DNA from: Octopus sinensis | Lineage: Eukaryota | Reading direction: 5' to 3' | DNA length: 49,154 nucleotides | Assembly: GCF_006345805.1 (NCBI RefSeq) | Contig: NW_021834246.1 | Location: 1-49,154 of the forward strand | Shown here: piece after piece, positions 10,846 to 23,635 of the stretch | Layout of the letters: every line of letters starts with the position of its first letter | Numbering within the stretch: position 1 is the stretch's first letter | The notes under the pieces: model-generated | Told to the model about the DNA's origin: nothing | Seen by the model: the letters and a program-made list of their open reading frames with translations, nothing else | Databases searched by the model: none | Position numbers and translations under genes: made by a program

Positions 10846-13800
10846 ATGGCTAAGTTGGGTTGTATAAATGTACGTGGAATGGGGTCGAAATGGAAGCAAA
10901 TTTGCTTCCTGCACGACCTCACGACACATGGTGTTGATATAGCTATTGCAACCGAGTCCAAGATGAACGGGGCCCAAGCGTTCTCGCCTCTTCTAAATGG
11001 CTTCGAGAAATTTATTTCTCCTAGCCGAGGAAGAGGCAGAGGCGTGGCAGTCCTTATCAGGAAGAGCTTGGACTTACAGGTAAGTACTGTCTTTCTGGAC
11101 CCAGAAGGCAGGCTGGTTGTTCTGGATGTGACACATGTAAGGAAACAGTCCTTCAGGTTGGTAGCTGTCTACGCTCCGAACGAGAGTAGACAGGCGGGTT
11201 TTTTTCGGAACCTGGAGCCCTTTTTAGCGACGTCGAAAACGGTAATCCTAGTAGGGGACTTTAACACTGTCCTTGAAGCGCGGGTCGACAGTGTTGGCTC
11301 AAGGGGAACCCTAGCCTCAAGGGTCTACTAGAGAGCTTTGATCTAGTAGACCGTTACCGACTGGATGAGCCGAGCGTTCCACAGTGGACGTGGAGTAACA
11401 ACGACGGCTCACGCAGATCGTATTTAGATAGGATATTTATTAAGAAAAGAGATAAGGACACGTTTAGTTGTCCACAGTTCCACATTGTGCCTTACACGGA
11501 TCACAAACTTGTGACGTGTGGGATGCAATTGGACAAGTGTCATAGACAGGGACCCGGGTACTGGAAGCTGAACAAGGCTATTTTGAATTGTGAAGACTTC
11601 CGTACCCGGATTAAGGTATTAGTACAGAGGGCATTGTGTGGCACCATCATTAACAATAGATGGTGGCACTCCCTCAAAAGAGCCATTCGTTCAGAGTCCG
11701 TTAGATTTAGCAATCAGCTAAGGATAGATAGGGCTAGTCTAGAGGGCGATTTAGTTAAGAATCTAGACGAGGCAATGGAAGCTGGCTCGGCATCCGGAGT
11801 GTTGGCGGCAAGGACGGTATTGTACCGTCACCTTAACTCCAAACACGAAGGTTGCAGAGTCAGAGCTAAGCTACGCGCTGGGAAACGAGAAAGTATTAAC
11901 GTGGCCGGATGGGCTCGTCGTGTGGAGAGTCAGAGAGGCAACAAAGCCTCAATCAAATCTTTAACTGACGAACAGGGACAAAAGATCTATGGACAGGAGG
12001 AGATGCAAAAGTTTCTTCACCAGCATTTCGCCCGCGTGTTCGGGGGTGGTGTGGCGCCGGAGCGGGGGAGGACCTTAAAGGACTTCCTGGCCGGCGGGCC
12101 GCGGCTCTCGGGGCGTGAGGCGGAGTGCTGTGAAGGAGCGATCACTCCCGCGGAGATAGAGGGGATACTGGCCGGATGCGCCGGGGAGAAGTCGCCGGGG
12201 TTGGATGGTCTGCCCTACGAGTTTTACCAAAGTATGCCGGACTTGTTCGGGGGAATATTGGCAGGCGTCTACACGAACTGGCAGCAGAATGGGAGAATTC
12301 CCAGCTCTGTAAGCCGGGGAGTGGTGACGCTAATCCAGAAAGACCCGAGCAAGGGGGATAACATTAGTAACTACAGGCCCATAACTCTACTTAATTTAGA
12401 GTTAAAGATTTTGGCCAAGGTGTTGGCAAAAAGGTTGACGGTTGTCGTGGAGAAACTTGTAGGGAGAGCACAGACATGTGCAATTCCAGGCAGGTCGATC
12501 CAGGACAATCTTCACCTTATACGCTACACCTTAGACAGGGTGGGTAAATTAACCGGCAAGGGAGGGGTAATGGTCCATTTAGACCAAAGTAAAGCCTTCG
12601 ATAGGGTAGACCATGAGTACCTGGCGACGGTCCTCGAAGCGGCTGGACTGGGCCCTGAATTTCGCGGGTGGATCTCCGCTATGTATAGCGGCATCAAGTC
12701 CACCGTCCAGATAAACGGTTACCTAACGGAACCGTTTTCGATTGAATGTTCAGTTCGTCAAGGGTGCCCCTTGTCACCACTTTTGTACGTGTTGGCTCTT
12801 GAGCCATTGCTGCGAAAGTTGGAGAGGCTGGGAAGCAACTCGGATGAGATCGGAGGTGGGAGGTCGGTTACTGCTTACGCGGATGACGTCACCCTCATCG
12901 TGTCCAATGAGGCCCAGCTACCTTGTGTGGAAGAGGCTATCAGAGGATACGAGGCGGTGGCAGGAGCAAAGGTTAACAAGGACAAGTCGGTCGGCTTGCG
13001 CCTCGGCACCTGGAGGAGCAAGTCGATATCGTCCAGCGTCGTGGGACACTGGACGGATGGCCCTGTTAAGTTGCTAGGAGTCTGGTTTGGGCCAGACTCC
13101 CAAACGGAGAGGAACTGGAGTGAGGTGACGAGCAAGGTGGAGGCCATAGTACGGACCTGGTCCGGAAGGTCTCTGTTCTTGAAAGGAAGGGCGGAGGTGG
13201 TGCAGATGTTCATTGCATCGGTAATCACTTACCGCCTGACCGTTGTCCCCTGCCCCGGTTCATGGCTTAGCAAGTTGGAGCGAATCCTTTTCCGCTTTTT
13301 GTGGAAGGGAGGAAAGCCACTTGTGAGGCGCTCCGTTTGCTGCCAGGAACCGTTAAAGGGTGGGTTAGGAATGCCTTGGCTGATGATGCGCAGACATCTC
13401 TGGCACCACCTGGAGGGTGATAAGGTGTGGAGTCCGCTGGCAGGGAAATTTCTCCCGAGACTGGCCTCCTTAACGTATTTTAAACCCGGTCGCATCAAAA
13501 GATGGAAACTGACTTTGTGGCAAAGGGAGTGCCGACAGGCACTCACGCTGATCCACAAGGCGGGCAAGGCCGGCTGCGGAAATACCACCTCGGTATTTTA
13601 TAGAAGGCTGGTAGAGGCAAAAAACGACGACGTCCTAGGAGGGGCTCTGGGGTTTGACGAAGACCAGCTTACCAACCTGTTTAAAAAGACTTTCAGGACG
13701 GGGTACTTGGATAATTTCCAAAGATCCCTGGCCTGGCAGTGCTATAGGAACGCTCTACCTGTTCGCGAGAAGTTATCGCGGCACGGAATTCCAGTGCCAC

Positions 13801-14206
13801 CGACGTGTCCAAGGTGCGAGTTGGACGACGAAACCGTCCAGCACGCCTTTGTACACTGTCGGAAGTTGTCAGACTTGATAAGTTACGCAGAACACGTGTT
13901 ATCGCATCTAGGACGAGTACAGCTGTCGGCTGAGTCTATGATTAAGATGATACCGCCAACTGGACTCTCGAAGGAAGGTGAAGCATGTTTTCACTGTACG
14001 GTTGCAGTAGTAAAAGAATGCATGTGGAGAACAAGAATGGAGGAGTCGCGATAGGAACCTTTGTCTCCGGCCCCGGCTTGCTCACTTACTTCAGATATCA
14101 TCTGAGGAGCAAAATGGGGCTGGAGAAGAGGAGCTTACCACGGGGAGTGTATGAGAAAAGATGGAAGGAAGTGGAAAGAAAGGTGGGTGTTAGAAACCCA
14201 GCTTAA
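10846..14206 (+). pseudogene. Tx1-like ORF2: AP endonuclease, reverse transcriptase and C-terminal zinc finger; frameshifts near 11300 and 14040
   Basis: EN motifs 'CINVRG', 'VYAP', 'GDFN', 'YLDRIF', 'TDHKLV'; RT motifs 'KSPGLDG', 'NYRPITLLN', 'KAFDRV', 'RQGCPLSP', 'YADD'; 'CPRC...HAFVHC'. Confidence 0.92.
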
Positions 14207-14522
14207 CTATGGAGGGAGGAGAGGAAATAAAAGCTGCGGGGCTTGTAAATTGCCGGGGTTTGAACTGTGATAAGATGCGACTGGTTATACGAAGGACAAT
14301 TTAGAGACGAATTTTTAATATAAATGTTATAAAAAAAAAAAAATTTTTTAAAAGCGAACCTCTTAATTATTTGTTTTACATGTTTGTTTTGTAATTGTAA
14401 TTGTAATTGTAATAAAGAAATGTTTTGTAATTGTAATTGTAATTGTAATAAAGAAATTACGACGAATTCTACGGTTGGCTATTGAGCTTGTAATGTTATG
14501 TTTTCTCATATTTCTTGAGTTT

Positions 14523-14586
14523 GTTGCACTGATGAACATGAAATGCATATTCTGCATTAAATGCGAAATCGCATGTGATATGTAAC
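14523..14586 (+). ncRNA. Hammerhead ribozyme motif (Penelope-type, palindromic helix III)
   Basis: gttgca-CTGATGA-acat..aatgca/tgcatt..atgc-GAAA-tcgcatgtga-TA-tgtaac; helix I is gttgca/tgtaac. Confidence 0.7.
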
Positions 14587-14824
14587 TGAATTCTTTCTTA
14601 AAATGATGTGTTTTGAAGTTTTGCATTCGGTAAAATTTTGTTTATTTTTAGTAGTTTTGACCGCATTGGTCCCTCTTTGCGTGTTGGTATCTACGAATAG
14701 TAGTACCCTCAGTATAATATAAATGAATATTTTCAAAGAGGAAGAATTTACGGATTTTTTCTCTTACGAGGTCTTTCACGCTGACTACTGATAATTTCTT
14801 TTAAAGATTTTATCCTCAATTGTT

Positions 14825-14872
<48 letters not shown>

Positions 14873-14880
14873 ATATTATA

Positions 14881-15493
14881 CAATTCATAAATGAGGGCAA
14901 AGGAAAAAATTTCTTATGCCATATATACCGAAAAATTGGACATAAAGTCCATTAACCATATAATTTTTTCACAGTACGCACGCCACTCGAAAAAAGGCCG
15001 ACAGAAATTTCTAAAAAATTCCATTATTACCATATCGGACCGATTTCAGAGTTAGCTACTAAGAGCTCTCTCTTCGTCAGTGATACATGTGGCAGAAGAA
15101 ATAAATGAGATACTTACTCATACCCATGGAAGAAGCAAAGTCATGGGCACAACTAAGTACCCCAAATACATCCAAAATAGAAATACTCCAACCCATTCGA
15201 GGCACGTGCGATTAGAAAAATTATTTCTTCTGCCACGAAGAAAGGGCTCTTAGTAGCTAACTCTGAAATCGGTCCGATATGGTAATAATGGAATTTTTTT
15301 GAAATTTCTGTCGGCCTTTTTTCGAGTGGCGTGTGTACTGTGAAAAAATTATATGGTTAATGGACTTTATGTCCAATTTTTCGGTATGATTTGATTTGAT
15401 TTTGATTTTTCCAGTTTCAGCTAAAGAGCTGTGGCCATGCTGGGGCACCGCCATTATGGAATTAGAAATTTTTTCCTTTGCCCTCATTTATGA

Positions 15494-15497
<4 letters not shown>
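14881..15497. mobile_element. Fold-back (long inverted repeat) non-autonomous element in (TA)n, containing a hammerhead motif
   Basis: Termini 'caattcataaatgagggcaaagg' / 'cctttgccctcatttatgaattg'; arms of about 220 bp; TA repeats on both sides; ~65-bp retroposon 3' tail inserted at ~15388-15452. Confidence 0.85.
15028..15085 (-). ncRNA. Hammerhead ribozyme motif
   Basis: Minus strand: tatca-CTGACGA-agagagagct-cttagt-agctaactct-GAAA-tcggtccga-TA-tggta. Confidence 0.7.
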
Positions 15498-15552
<55 letters not shown>

Positions 15553-15631
15553 GAATTGTTTATAAATTTAACCGTTTGAATATGCTGGCCATTGATAAAG
15601 TTTTTTTCGAAAAGAATTTTATCCTCACATT

Positions 15632-15667
<36 letters not shown>

Positions 15668-15782
15668 TATCCACACTTTCGCCATAACATATATATGTTT
15701 ATTGGGAGAGAAATATTGAAAAACATCAATACTGATGAGAGTAACAAAGAACCTAGAAAGGTGAGCTAGAAAGAAAGTAGAA

Positions 15783-16000
15783 GGCGGCGAGGTGGCTGAA
15801 AGATTAGCACACTGGGCGAAATACTTAGCTGTATTTCGTCTGTCTTTTCGTTCTGAGTTCAAATTCCGCCGAGGTCGACTTTGCCTTTCATCCTTTCGGG
15901 GTCGATAAATTAAGTACCAGTTATGTAATCGACTTAATCCCTTTGTCCTTGTTTGTCTCCTCTATGTTTAGCCCCATGTGGGCAATAAAGAAATAAGAAA
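15783..16000 (+). mobile_element. tRNA-derived SINE with a Meta-SINE-like central domain
   Basis: A-box-like 'tggctgaaagatt', B-box 'gagttcaaatt', core 'gcctttcatcctttcggggtcgataaattaagtaccag', A-rich tail; flanking direct repeat ctagaaaggtga at 15753-15764 and 16001-16012. Confidence 0.8.
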
Positions 16001-16581
16001 CTAGAAAGGTGATTGTGGGATGTACTAGGAATATCAGTCAAATCTCTCTTAATCACACATCTTTTCACCTGAAAATACATTTTTTTGTTGTACCAAAATG
16101 GCTTCTCCCATGGTTTGGTCTGGAGTAGGGTGGGGATGAGATGAAAAAATCATAAATTTTCCAAAATTTTTTCCCACAAAAAGATTCCCACCATCATTTT
16201 GAAGGCCAGAGGTGGAAAAAAAATTCTCATCAAAATGGAGAAAATCTAACTTACATGGATGTCTTGATCTAAAACTCTGTCCAAATGTCTTGTTGAACTG
16301 ATTCACTCTTCAATCAAAATTTTTTCATTTGAATTTTTTCTGAAGTAAGATTGTGTGGAGTTGGTAAAGTAGTAATCTATCTGTGGGGTGTGATTTTCTT
16401 TTAGACATGATGCAATTGTTACCTTCTATTTGGTCCTGCAATTACATAGAAAATAACTCATTGGCTCAGGCTGTCTCATTTAAAGTCACTGCTGTTAGTG
16501 TTCCTCATGATCAGGATGTTTTTGCTGTTGTTATTTCATGATGTTTTTGCTGTTGTTATTTCATGATGTTTGTTATTTCAG

Positions 16582-16693
16582 ATGATTCTGGTCGTACAGA
16601 CATCTTCTGTCACATGATGCCATTCTACTCCTATGACATCCCCCACAGCTATGGGTCTGATCCCAAGATCTGCTGCCAGTTTGACTTGGCAAG
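16582..16693 (+). CDS. MAN2A: Golgi alpha-mannosidase II (GH38)-like exon A
   Basis: tttcag|..[37 protein letters not shown]|gt; matches the family motif [26 protein letters not shown] with three substitutions; weak donor gtggtg. Confidence 0.85.
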
Positions 16694-16719
16694 GTGGTGA
16701 TCTTCACTAGGTTCTAGTG

Positions 16720-18628
16720 TGATTTAGATTGGTTTCTACAGCTGGATGCCCTTCCTAATGCCAACCACTTTACAATGTATGCCAGATGGTTTTAACATGG
16801 CACTGCACGAGCGCTTTTATGTGACACTGGTACAGGACTCTTGCAGGTCAATCCCCTTCACCAGGGGAGTGGTCATCTTAACTCTTCTGCTGTGGAGGAC
16901 GTCTTCTTGAGCGCAGCAAGGCACCAGGTATCATGGCCCTTTGTTGAAAGGTTCAGCATCCCGAGGTCATCCTTCAGGTCTCCGTACCATGTCTTCCTGG
17001 GTTTCCCTCTTCCACATGTTCCATCCACTTCGAGAGATTGGCACTTCTTTATGGAACTGTCGGCATCCATCTGCATTACATGACCATACCAGCACAGTTT
17101 TCTCTTTCAATACACCAGCACCCTGTCAAACCTGTACACTTATTACATATCCAGTGGAGCATACTAACCTCATTCCTCTCTAGCCTTCTGCATTCAATGC
17201 CTATGTCTCAACACCATGTAGAATTACTGTTCATATACATGTGTCACTACTACTAATTTGTTCCCTTAGGTAGCAGAAATTATTCACTACCTCTGATGAG
17301 CTTCCAGGACATTTGAGAAAATCGATTTGCCTAGTATCTAGTTTTAATGGGCTCCTCTGCATCTTACACAAACACTACTTTCTCTGATAACCTTCATATT
17401 ATTCCACTGCACTTCTTGTATGTCTGTGGCATATGAAATTCTTGCCAACACCTTTCCTACAAATCAAGCAGGTAGGGTCTTGTCTGTTTTCTTGCTTTTT
17501 CAGTTTTTTAGATTTCAGTTTTTTCTTCCACACTTGGAATTTCTTTTCTATCTCTATATAATCTGCTATGTGGGTAAGATCATCAGCATATAGTAGTTCC
17601 TATGGGCTGCCTGTCTTGAATTCTTTGATGAATGTCTACCTGCACACCAAATTCTTTGCTGTGCTTGTTAACTCTCACCTTATTGATAACACCTCCAGAC
17701 ATGGCCTGCACAGCTTTCACATGTCGCTACCTCTAGCCTCCTCAGAGCCCACCATATCACACAACTGGGTATTCTATTGAAGACTTTCTCTAAATCAATG
17801 AATGCCAGGTGTTATGGTTTATTCTTAGCTAAGTACTTCTTTTGCATTAGTAGTGCTTCTCCCTATGACAAAGTCAAGCTGTATTTCATCTAGCCTAACT
17901 CTACCCCTAATTAATTGGGCTATAAGTCTGTAATTTTCATCAGCAGGTCCAGGAGCTTGATGTCTCTATAATTGCTTCTACTTAAGGCATCTTCCAGTGA
18001 GTTGTGTAGCAACTAACACCACTCACTAGGTGTTACACCTTCCTGAATAACTTGTGGGTGACTAGCCTGTATCCTACCTTACCAGATACTTCAAGTATCT
18101 GCGCTGTGATTCCAGATGGATCAGGGGCTTACCCTGCTGTTCACTAGGATAACTGGTCCCTCTGTTAGGTTCACATGAGGGAGACTCCCTTTATCCCATT
18201 CATTCTCCATATTCAATAGTAACTTTTCCATACCACTTTCTTGTCCACATCACTAAGTGCAAGCATATCAACAATTGTACACACTTCTCTCCCACAATAT
18301 CTTGATTTACTCTGACACACTGTCTCACAATCAGGAACACCTCAAGTCTCTGATCTTCACAATGTAGGACATTGGCAAATCTCTTTTTTGCTTGTGGCCT
18401 AGCTTGATAATCCTGGTGTCCACCCTTCCTTTTAACTTTGTGATATGATTCTTTACTACCCCTTCCTTTCCATTCTTTCCAGACTTGTTTCTTATCTCTC
18501 ATGGCCCTGTCAATGTCACTGTTCCACCACAATGTCACCCTTGGTCTGGCAGAGGCTCTGCCCCAACCACAGGTTTAGTCTGTTGCCCTCAGTAGATTGT
18601 CCCGTGGGAACTTCCAGTTGTCCTCTAC
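16720..18628 (-). mobile_element. Old, heavily decayed RTE-clade LINE
   Basis: Remnant peptides 'CGRGKPRKTW' and 'TLWWNSDIDRA'; many stops. Confidence 0.75.
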
Positions 18629-18629
18629 A

Positions 18630-18637
18630 TTCATCAC

Positions 18638-18668
<31 letters not shown>

Positions 18669-21600
18669 GTTTAATGTCTTCGTACCATGTCTTCTATTTG
18701 GTTCACCAGCCCTCAGTCAAAATCTAGCATGGGTTGGATGATTTTGACTGAGGGCTGGTGAACCAGATGGTTGCACCAGGCTCCAATCTTGATTTGGCAG
18801 AGTTTCTACAGCTGAATGCCCTCCCTAACGCCAACCACTCCGATAGTGTAGTGGGTGCTTTTTATGTGCCACCGGCACGGGGGCCAGTCAGGCGGTACTG
18901 GCAACGACCTCACTCGAATCCTTTGACACATGCCACCAGCACAGGTGGTAACGATCAGGCTTGAATGGTGCCCTTTTACGTGCCACTGGCACGGAAGGCA
19001 GTTGGCTGCTCTGGCAACGATCATGCTTGGATGGTGATCTTGGCACCCTACTAGCACAGGCACAAGTGCCAGTAAGGCGACACTGGTTACGAACATGCTC
19101 GAATGGTGCCCTTTAAGTGTCACTGTCACGGAAGCCGGTTAGCCACTCTGTTAATGATCATGCTCGTATGGTGCTCTTTGCACCCTGCCAGCAGGGACGC
19201 CAGTCATCAAATTTGATTTTGATTTTGCTTTTGATTGATTTGATTTCACTTTGCTCAACAGGTCTTCGCAAGCAGAGTTTTAGTGACCAAAGAAGGAAAA
19301 GGTTACGTATAAGTGGGCTGGTTATGCCCCTGGCATAGGCAATGAGATTATGGTTTCATTTGGCTTGCCGGGTCTTCTCACACACAGCATATTTCCAAAG
19401 GTCTCGGTCACTAGTCATTTCCTTGGTGAGGCCTAAAGTTCGAAGGTCATGCTTCACCACTTCATCCCAGGTCTTCCTGGGTATACCTCTTCCACCGCTA
19501 GGATGTGACACTTTTTCACACAGCTGTCCTCATCCATTCTCGCCACATCACCATACCAGCACAGTCGTCTCTCTTGCACACCACATCTGATGGTTCAACT
19601 TTTCTCTCAAGGTACCTACACTCTGTCGAGTATGCACACTAACATTACACATCTATCGGATCATACTGGCTTCATTCCTTGCGAGCTTACGCATGTCCTC
19701 AGTAGTCACAGCCCATGTTTCACTGCCATGTAGCATGGCTGTTCGTACACAAGCGTCATGCAGTCTACCTTTTACTCTGAGCGACAGACCCTTTGTTGCC
19801 AGCAGAGGTAGGAGCTCTCTGAACTTTGCCCAAGCTATTCTTATTCTAGCAGCTACACTTTCAGCGCACCCACCTCCGCTACTGACTATCAACTACTTCT
19901 AGATTTTCTCCCTGGAATGTGGCAGAAGTTGGTTTCTGCGCATTTTCAGTGCTTATTGCTCCCGAGCATCTGCCACATACAAAAACTTTCTTCCCAGTTA
20001 GCCTTCCTTTGATATTACTGCACCTCTTATGTGTCCATAGCTTACACTGGGTACATCTTATAGAGTTTCTGCCTACGCCTCTACTACAGATTGAGCAGGG
20101 CCATCTACCTGAAGGGATTTGTGGCTTGTCTGCCTTCCTACATATTAGGACTTTGGTTTTAGCTAGGTTGATCCTAAGGCCCTTCGATTCTAATTCAAGT
20201 CTCCACACTTGAAACTTTGCCTCCAGTTCTGATAGTGACTCAGCAATTAGAGCAAGGTCATCAGCATATAGGGGCATCCTATCTTGAATTCTTCCGTTAT
20301 TGCCTGGATGACTATGATAAATAGGAGGGGGCTGAGGACAGAACCTTGGTGGACCCCTACGTCTACCCTGAATTGCCAACCCTCACCTTACAGCATCCCT
20401 GTACATGGCTTGCACAGCTCTCACTAATCATTCATCTATCCCTAGTTTCCTCATTGACCACCAGATAAGGGATCGGGGGACCCTGTCAAAGGCTTTCTCC
20501 ATGTCAACGAAAGCCAGGTACAGGAGCTTATCTTTGGCTAGGTATTTCTCCTGCAGCTGTCTTACCAGAAATATGGCATCAGTGGTGCTTTTCTCTGGTA
20601 CGAAACCAAACTGCATCTCATCCAAGCTGACTCTCTTCCTAATCAGTCGGGCTATGACCCTCTCCGTAACCTTTATTACCTGATCCAACAGCTTGATACC
20701 TCTGTAATTATTTGTATCTAAAGCGTCACCTTTACCTTTGTAGTAGTTGACTATTATGCTGCTACACCAGTCATTGGGTATGACTCCTTCGTGTATCACC
20801 TGGTTAACTATACGGGTGACTAGGCTATAGCCGACACTGCCAGATATTTTAAGCATCTCTGCAATAATTCCTGATGGGCCTGGGGCTTTCCCTGTCTTCA
20901 TGCTTCTAATTGCCTTAACTACCAAATAACTGTCAACTTGGATAGCTGGTCCCTCTGTTGGGTCGACATTCAGCAGACTCTCTTTATCCTATTCATTTTC
21001 TTTATTCAGCAACCTTTCATAATGGTGTCTCCAAACCTCTCTCTTTGCATCCTCATTCAGCACAAATGAACCATCATCCATGCAAACACATTTCTCTCCT
21101 ACCACATCACGATTCTCTCTTACACACTGTCTTGCAACATGAAATACCTCAAATCTTTCGTCCTCACGGCGCAGAACATTGGCAAATCTTTTCTTATTTG
21201 CTTCCCCTCTGGCTAAATAAACCTGCCTCCTAGCTTCCCTCCTGGCAGTCTGATGCACTTCCCTGCTACCACCGTTCTTCCAGTCCTTCCAAGCCTGTTT
21301 CTTTTGTCTAATAGCCCTGTCAACAACATTGTTCCACCACGACGTTATTTTGTGTCTTGAGGGGACTTTGCACCATCCACAGATCTGGTCGGTGGCCCTT
21401 AGCAGGTTGTCCTGTAGGAACCTCCAGTTGTCTTCTATACCATGTGAAGCGATATCTCCTATTTCGTCAAAGGCTTCGAGTAATATGTTTCAAGTCTCCA
21501 GACCCTTCTTCTCCTTGCTGGTCGTCTTCTGGGCATCCATTTAGCCCTTACCCAGAAGTCATTAACTACCAGTCTATGTTGTGGGGTACATTCTTCGCCT

Positions 21601-22400
21601 GGGAAGGTTTTGGCATTTATAAGCAGCCATCTTTCCTTTTTTCTGGTGAGGATGTAGTCGATCTGACTAGTGTGTCTGCTAGCGCGGTAGGTGACTAGGT
21701 GGCTGGCAGGTTTTCTGAAGTTAGTATTGCAAACCATAAGATCATTTGCGTCACAGAACTCCAGCAGCCTGGTTCCCTCCTCATTGTGAGAGCCAAAACC
21801 GTAGCCTCCATGTATGCCATGGAAGCCCCCGACATGTTGTCCAACAAGTCCATTGAAGTCGTCAGCCACAAAAAGAAGGTCCCTGTCATTTGTCAACGCG
21901 GTAGTCTGCAAGAGGGTGTCATAGAATCGGCCTTTCTGTCCATCGGGTAGCCCTGCCTGAGGGGTATAGGCTGAGATAATGGTTGCTAACCATGATGGAG
22001 CGCTAATCTAATCTTAAGTATTCTGTCGCATACTCTGACTACCTCAATTACTTTATCTACCCATTTCTCCGCAAAAAGTATACCCACACTCCCAACCCCA
22101 TCAGTATTCCCTGCCCAGAAAATCTTGTTCCTGCGTTCTTTGCCTGTGAGAAACCTAGCAGAACCTCCTCTCCACCTTACTTCTTGGATGCAGCACATAT
22201 CAACACATCTCTGTTCAAGCATTTCAACAATCTTACCAGACCTACCTTTCAGTGTGCCGATGTTGAGAGTACCAACCCTGAGGATGTGGGAGGTATGGGC
22301 CCTAGAGACCCTGGGATGGAGGACAGTGGTGTCATGTACATGAAAAGAGAGCTCGCATTTGGCAGAATTCGTAAGCAAACAATGATCTTAAGTTCAACCT
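18630..22400 (-). mobile_element. Near full-length RTE-clade LINE (APE, RT with PHD insert), frameshifted
   Basis: EN 'RVGTLNIGTLKGRS...CCIQEVRW', 'QIDYIL'; RT 'KAPGPSG', 'KAFDRVP', 'YADD'; PHD 'CSIC..CTQC..HKRC..CGRC'; (GAT)n tail seen as (tca)n at 18630-18668. Confidence 0.9.
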
Positions 22401-22869
22401 ACTTACACTAAACTAGCATGTTTTGCACTGTATGATCACTACCTTATATAGTAGGGGTGGGGTTGGCGTAAGGCCTTTAAGGTGTTCATGGGAGACAAGC
22501 AAAGGAAGACGAGATAGAGACTTCCAGTACAAGTGGAGGGGTGGGAGGGCGGGCGTACTGCCGCGAACTGGCAACCATGGGCTAGAAATTAAGAGACAGA
22601 AAAAGGCCGATAGATATCTATCGGCATATAATGTAGGAATTAGATAGACAGAATGAAGGCCGATAGATGAGCCAGTGGGTGGGGGCTCAGAACACATCTA
22701 TCTCTTTTTTTTCCTTTCATTCTCTCTCAATTTTTTTCCTCTTAATCCTTTCTGTTGAAGAACATATACTTGAAACACAAAAGACTTTCCCATTTTTCAT
22801 GAGCATTAAACTACTACACCTGCTTGTTGTCCTACACCTGTCTTCATCTTTTGCTTTCTGTAAATATCC

Positions 22870-23519
22870 TTTTCGCCTTCGGCCCAGTGCGTCCATGCTG
22901 CCAACAAAGCACGTGGAATTCTGTTCTTGATTCGACGGTCATTCGGAATGCTCACAGCAGCCATATTCCTACCACTCTATGTCACGCTGGTGAGACCCAT
23001 ACTGGAGTATGGGATTCAAGCCTCTTCTCCTTATCTCCTCAAAGACATACAGCATCTCGAAAGAGTCCAGAAGCTGGCTACCCGCATGGTTCATGGTCTC
23101 AAAAATTTGTCCTACGAAGAAAGGCTGAGGACGCTCGACCTTTATTCTCTTGAAAAACGCCGCCGCCGTGGTGATCTCATTCTCGCCCACAACATCATAA
23201 GCGGAAAGTGTAACCTCTCGAAAGAGCTGTTCTTCACCCCTGCTCCAGAGCGTCGGCTGCGGGGTCATTCCGAAAAGCTCTACCTGCGACGATTTCATCT
23301 CAATCGAAGGAGAGGAGCTTTCTCCGTCCGGGTTGCGGATCCGTGGAACAAGCTGCCAGACGAGATGGTGAAGATGCCGACGACCGCTTTGTTCAAAGCC
23401 TCCCTGGACCTCAAGTGGCCTGAACTCTTTACATGAACACCACCCTGTACTTAACTCCATGTCCCCCTACATGGCCTTGCTATTTGCTTTTGAGCCAAAT
23501 TAACTAACTAACTAACTAT
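22870..23519 (+). mobile_element. 5'-truncated CR1-clade LINE (ORF2 C-terminus and 3' UTR)
   Basis: Open frame 22927-23436 'LYVTLVRPILEYG...LERVQKLATR...RRRRGDLI...LRGH...FSVRVADPWNKLP'; (taac)n tail at ~23501-23517. Confidence 0.85.
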
Positions 23520-23535
23520 CAGATATGTGTGTGAG

Positions 23536-23575
<40 letters not shown>

Positions 23576-23635
23576 ATATAATATATATATATATACACAC
23601 ACACACACAAATAAAATGATTTTATTTTATCGCAG

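Larger units (their letters stand above)
9239..14457 (+). mobile_element. Full-length L1/Tx1-clade non-LTR retrotransposon, frameshifted
   Basis: Zinc-knuckle ORF1 plus APE-RT-zinc-finger ORF2; A-run at 14331-14343; duplicated 36-bp tail (14385-14420, 14421-14456); candidate TSD tacgac(a/g)aattctacgg at 9222-9238 and 14458-14474. Confidence 0.9.
8951..14810. mobile_element. Inverted-repeat host element (~109-bp IRs at 8951-9059 and 14702-14810) interrupted by the Tx1-like LINE
   Basis: 8951-9059 is the reverse complement of 14702-14810 with few mismatches; 9057-9096 is also a direct copy of 14787-14826. Confidence 0.7.

Noticed and set aside
9239-14457. Tx1 element as an rDNA-specific insertion
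   Set aside because: It lies ~570 bp from the nearest 28S sequence and its TSD is not recognisably rDNA.
16049-16450. Possible minus-strand exons
   Set aside because: Splice-like sites exist but there is no recognisable homology or coherent frame.
17290-17330. CTGATGA...GAAA motif
   Set aside because: No pairable helices; lies within a decayed RTE.
22748-22790. Possible hammerhead 'ttgaagaacatatacttgaaacac'
   Set aside because: Core and helices are too degenerate to support from this copy alone.
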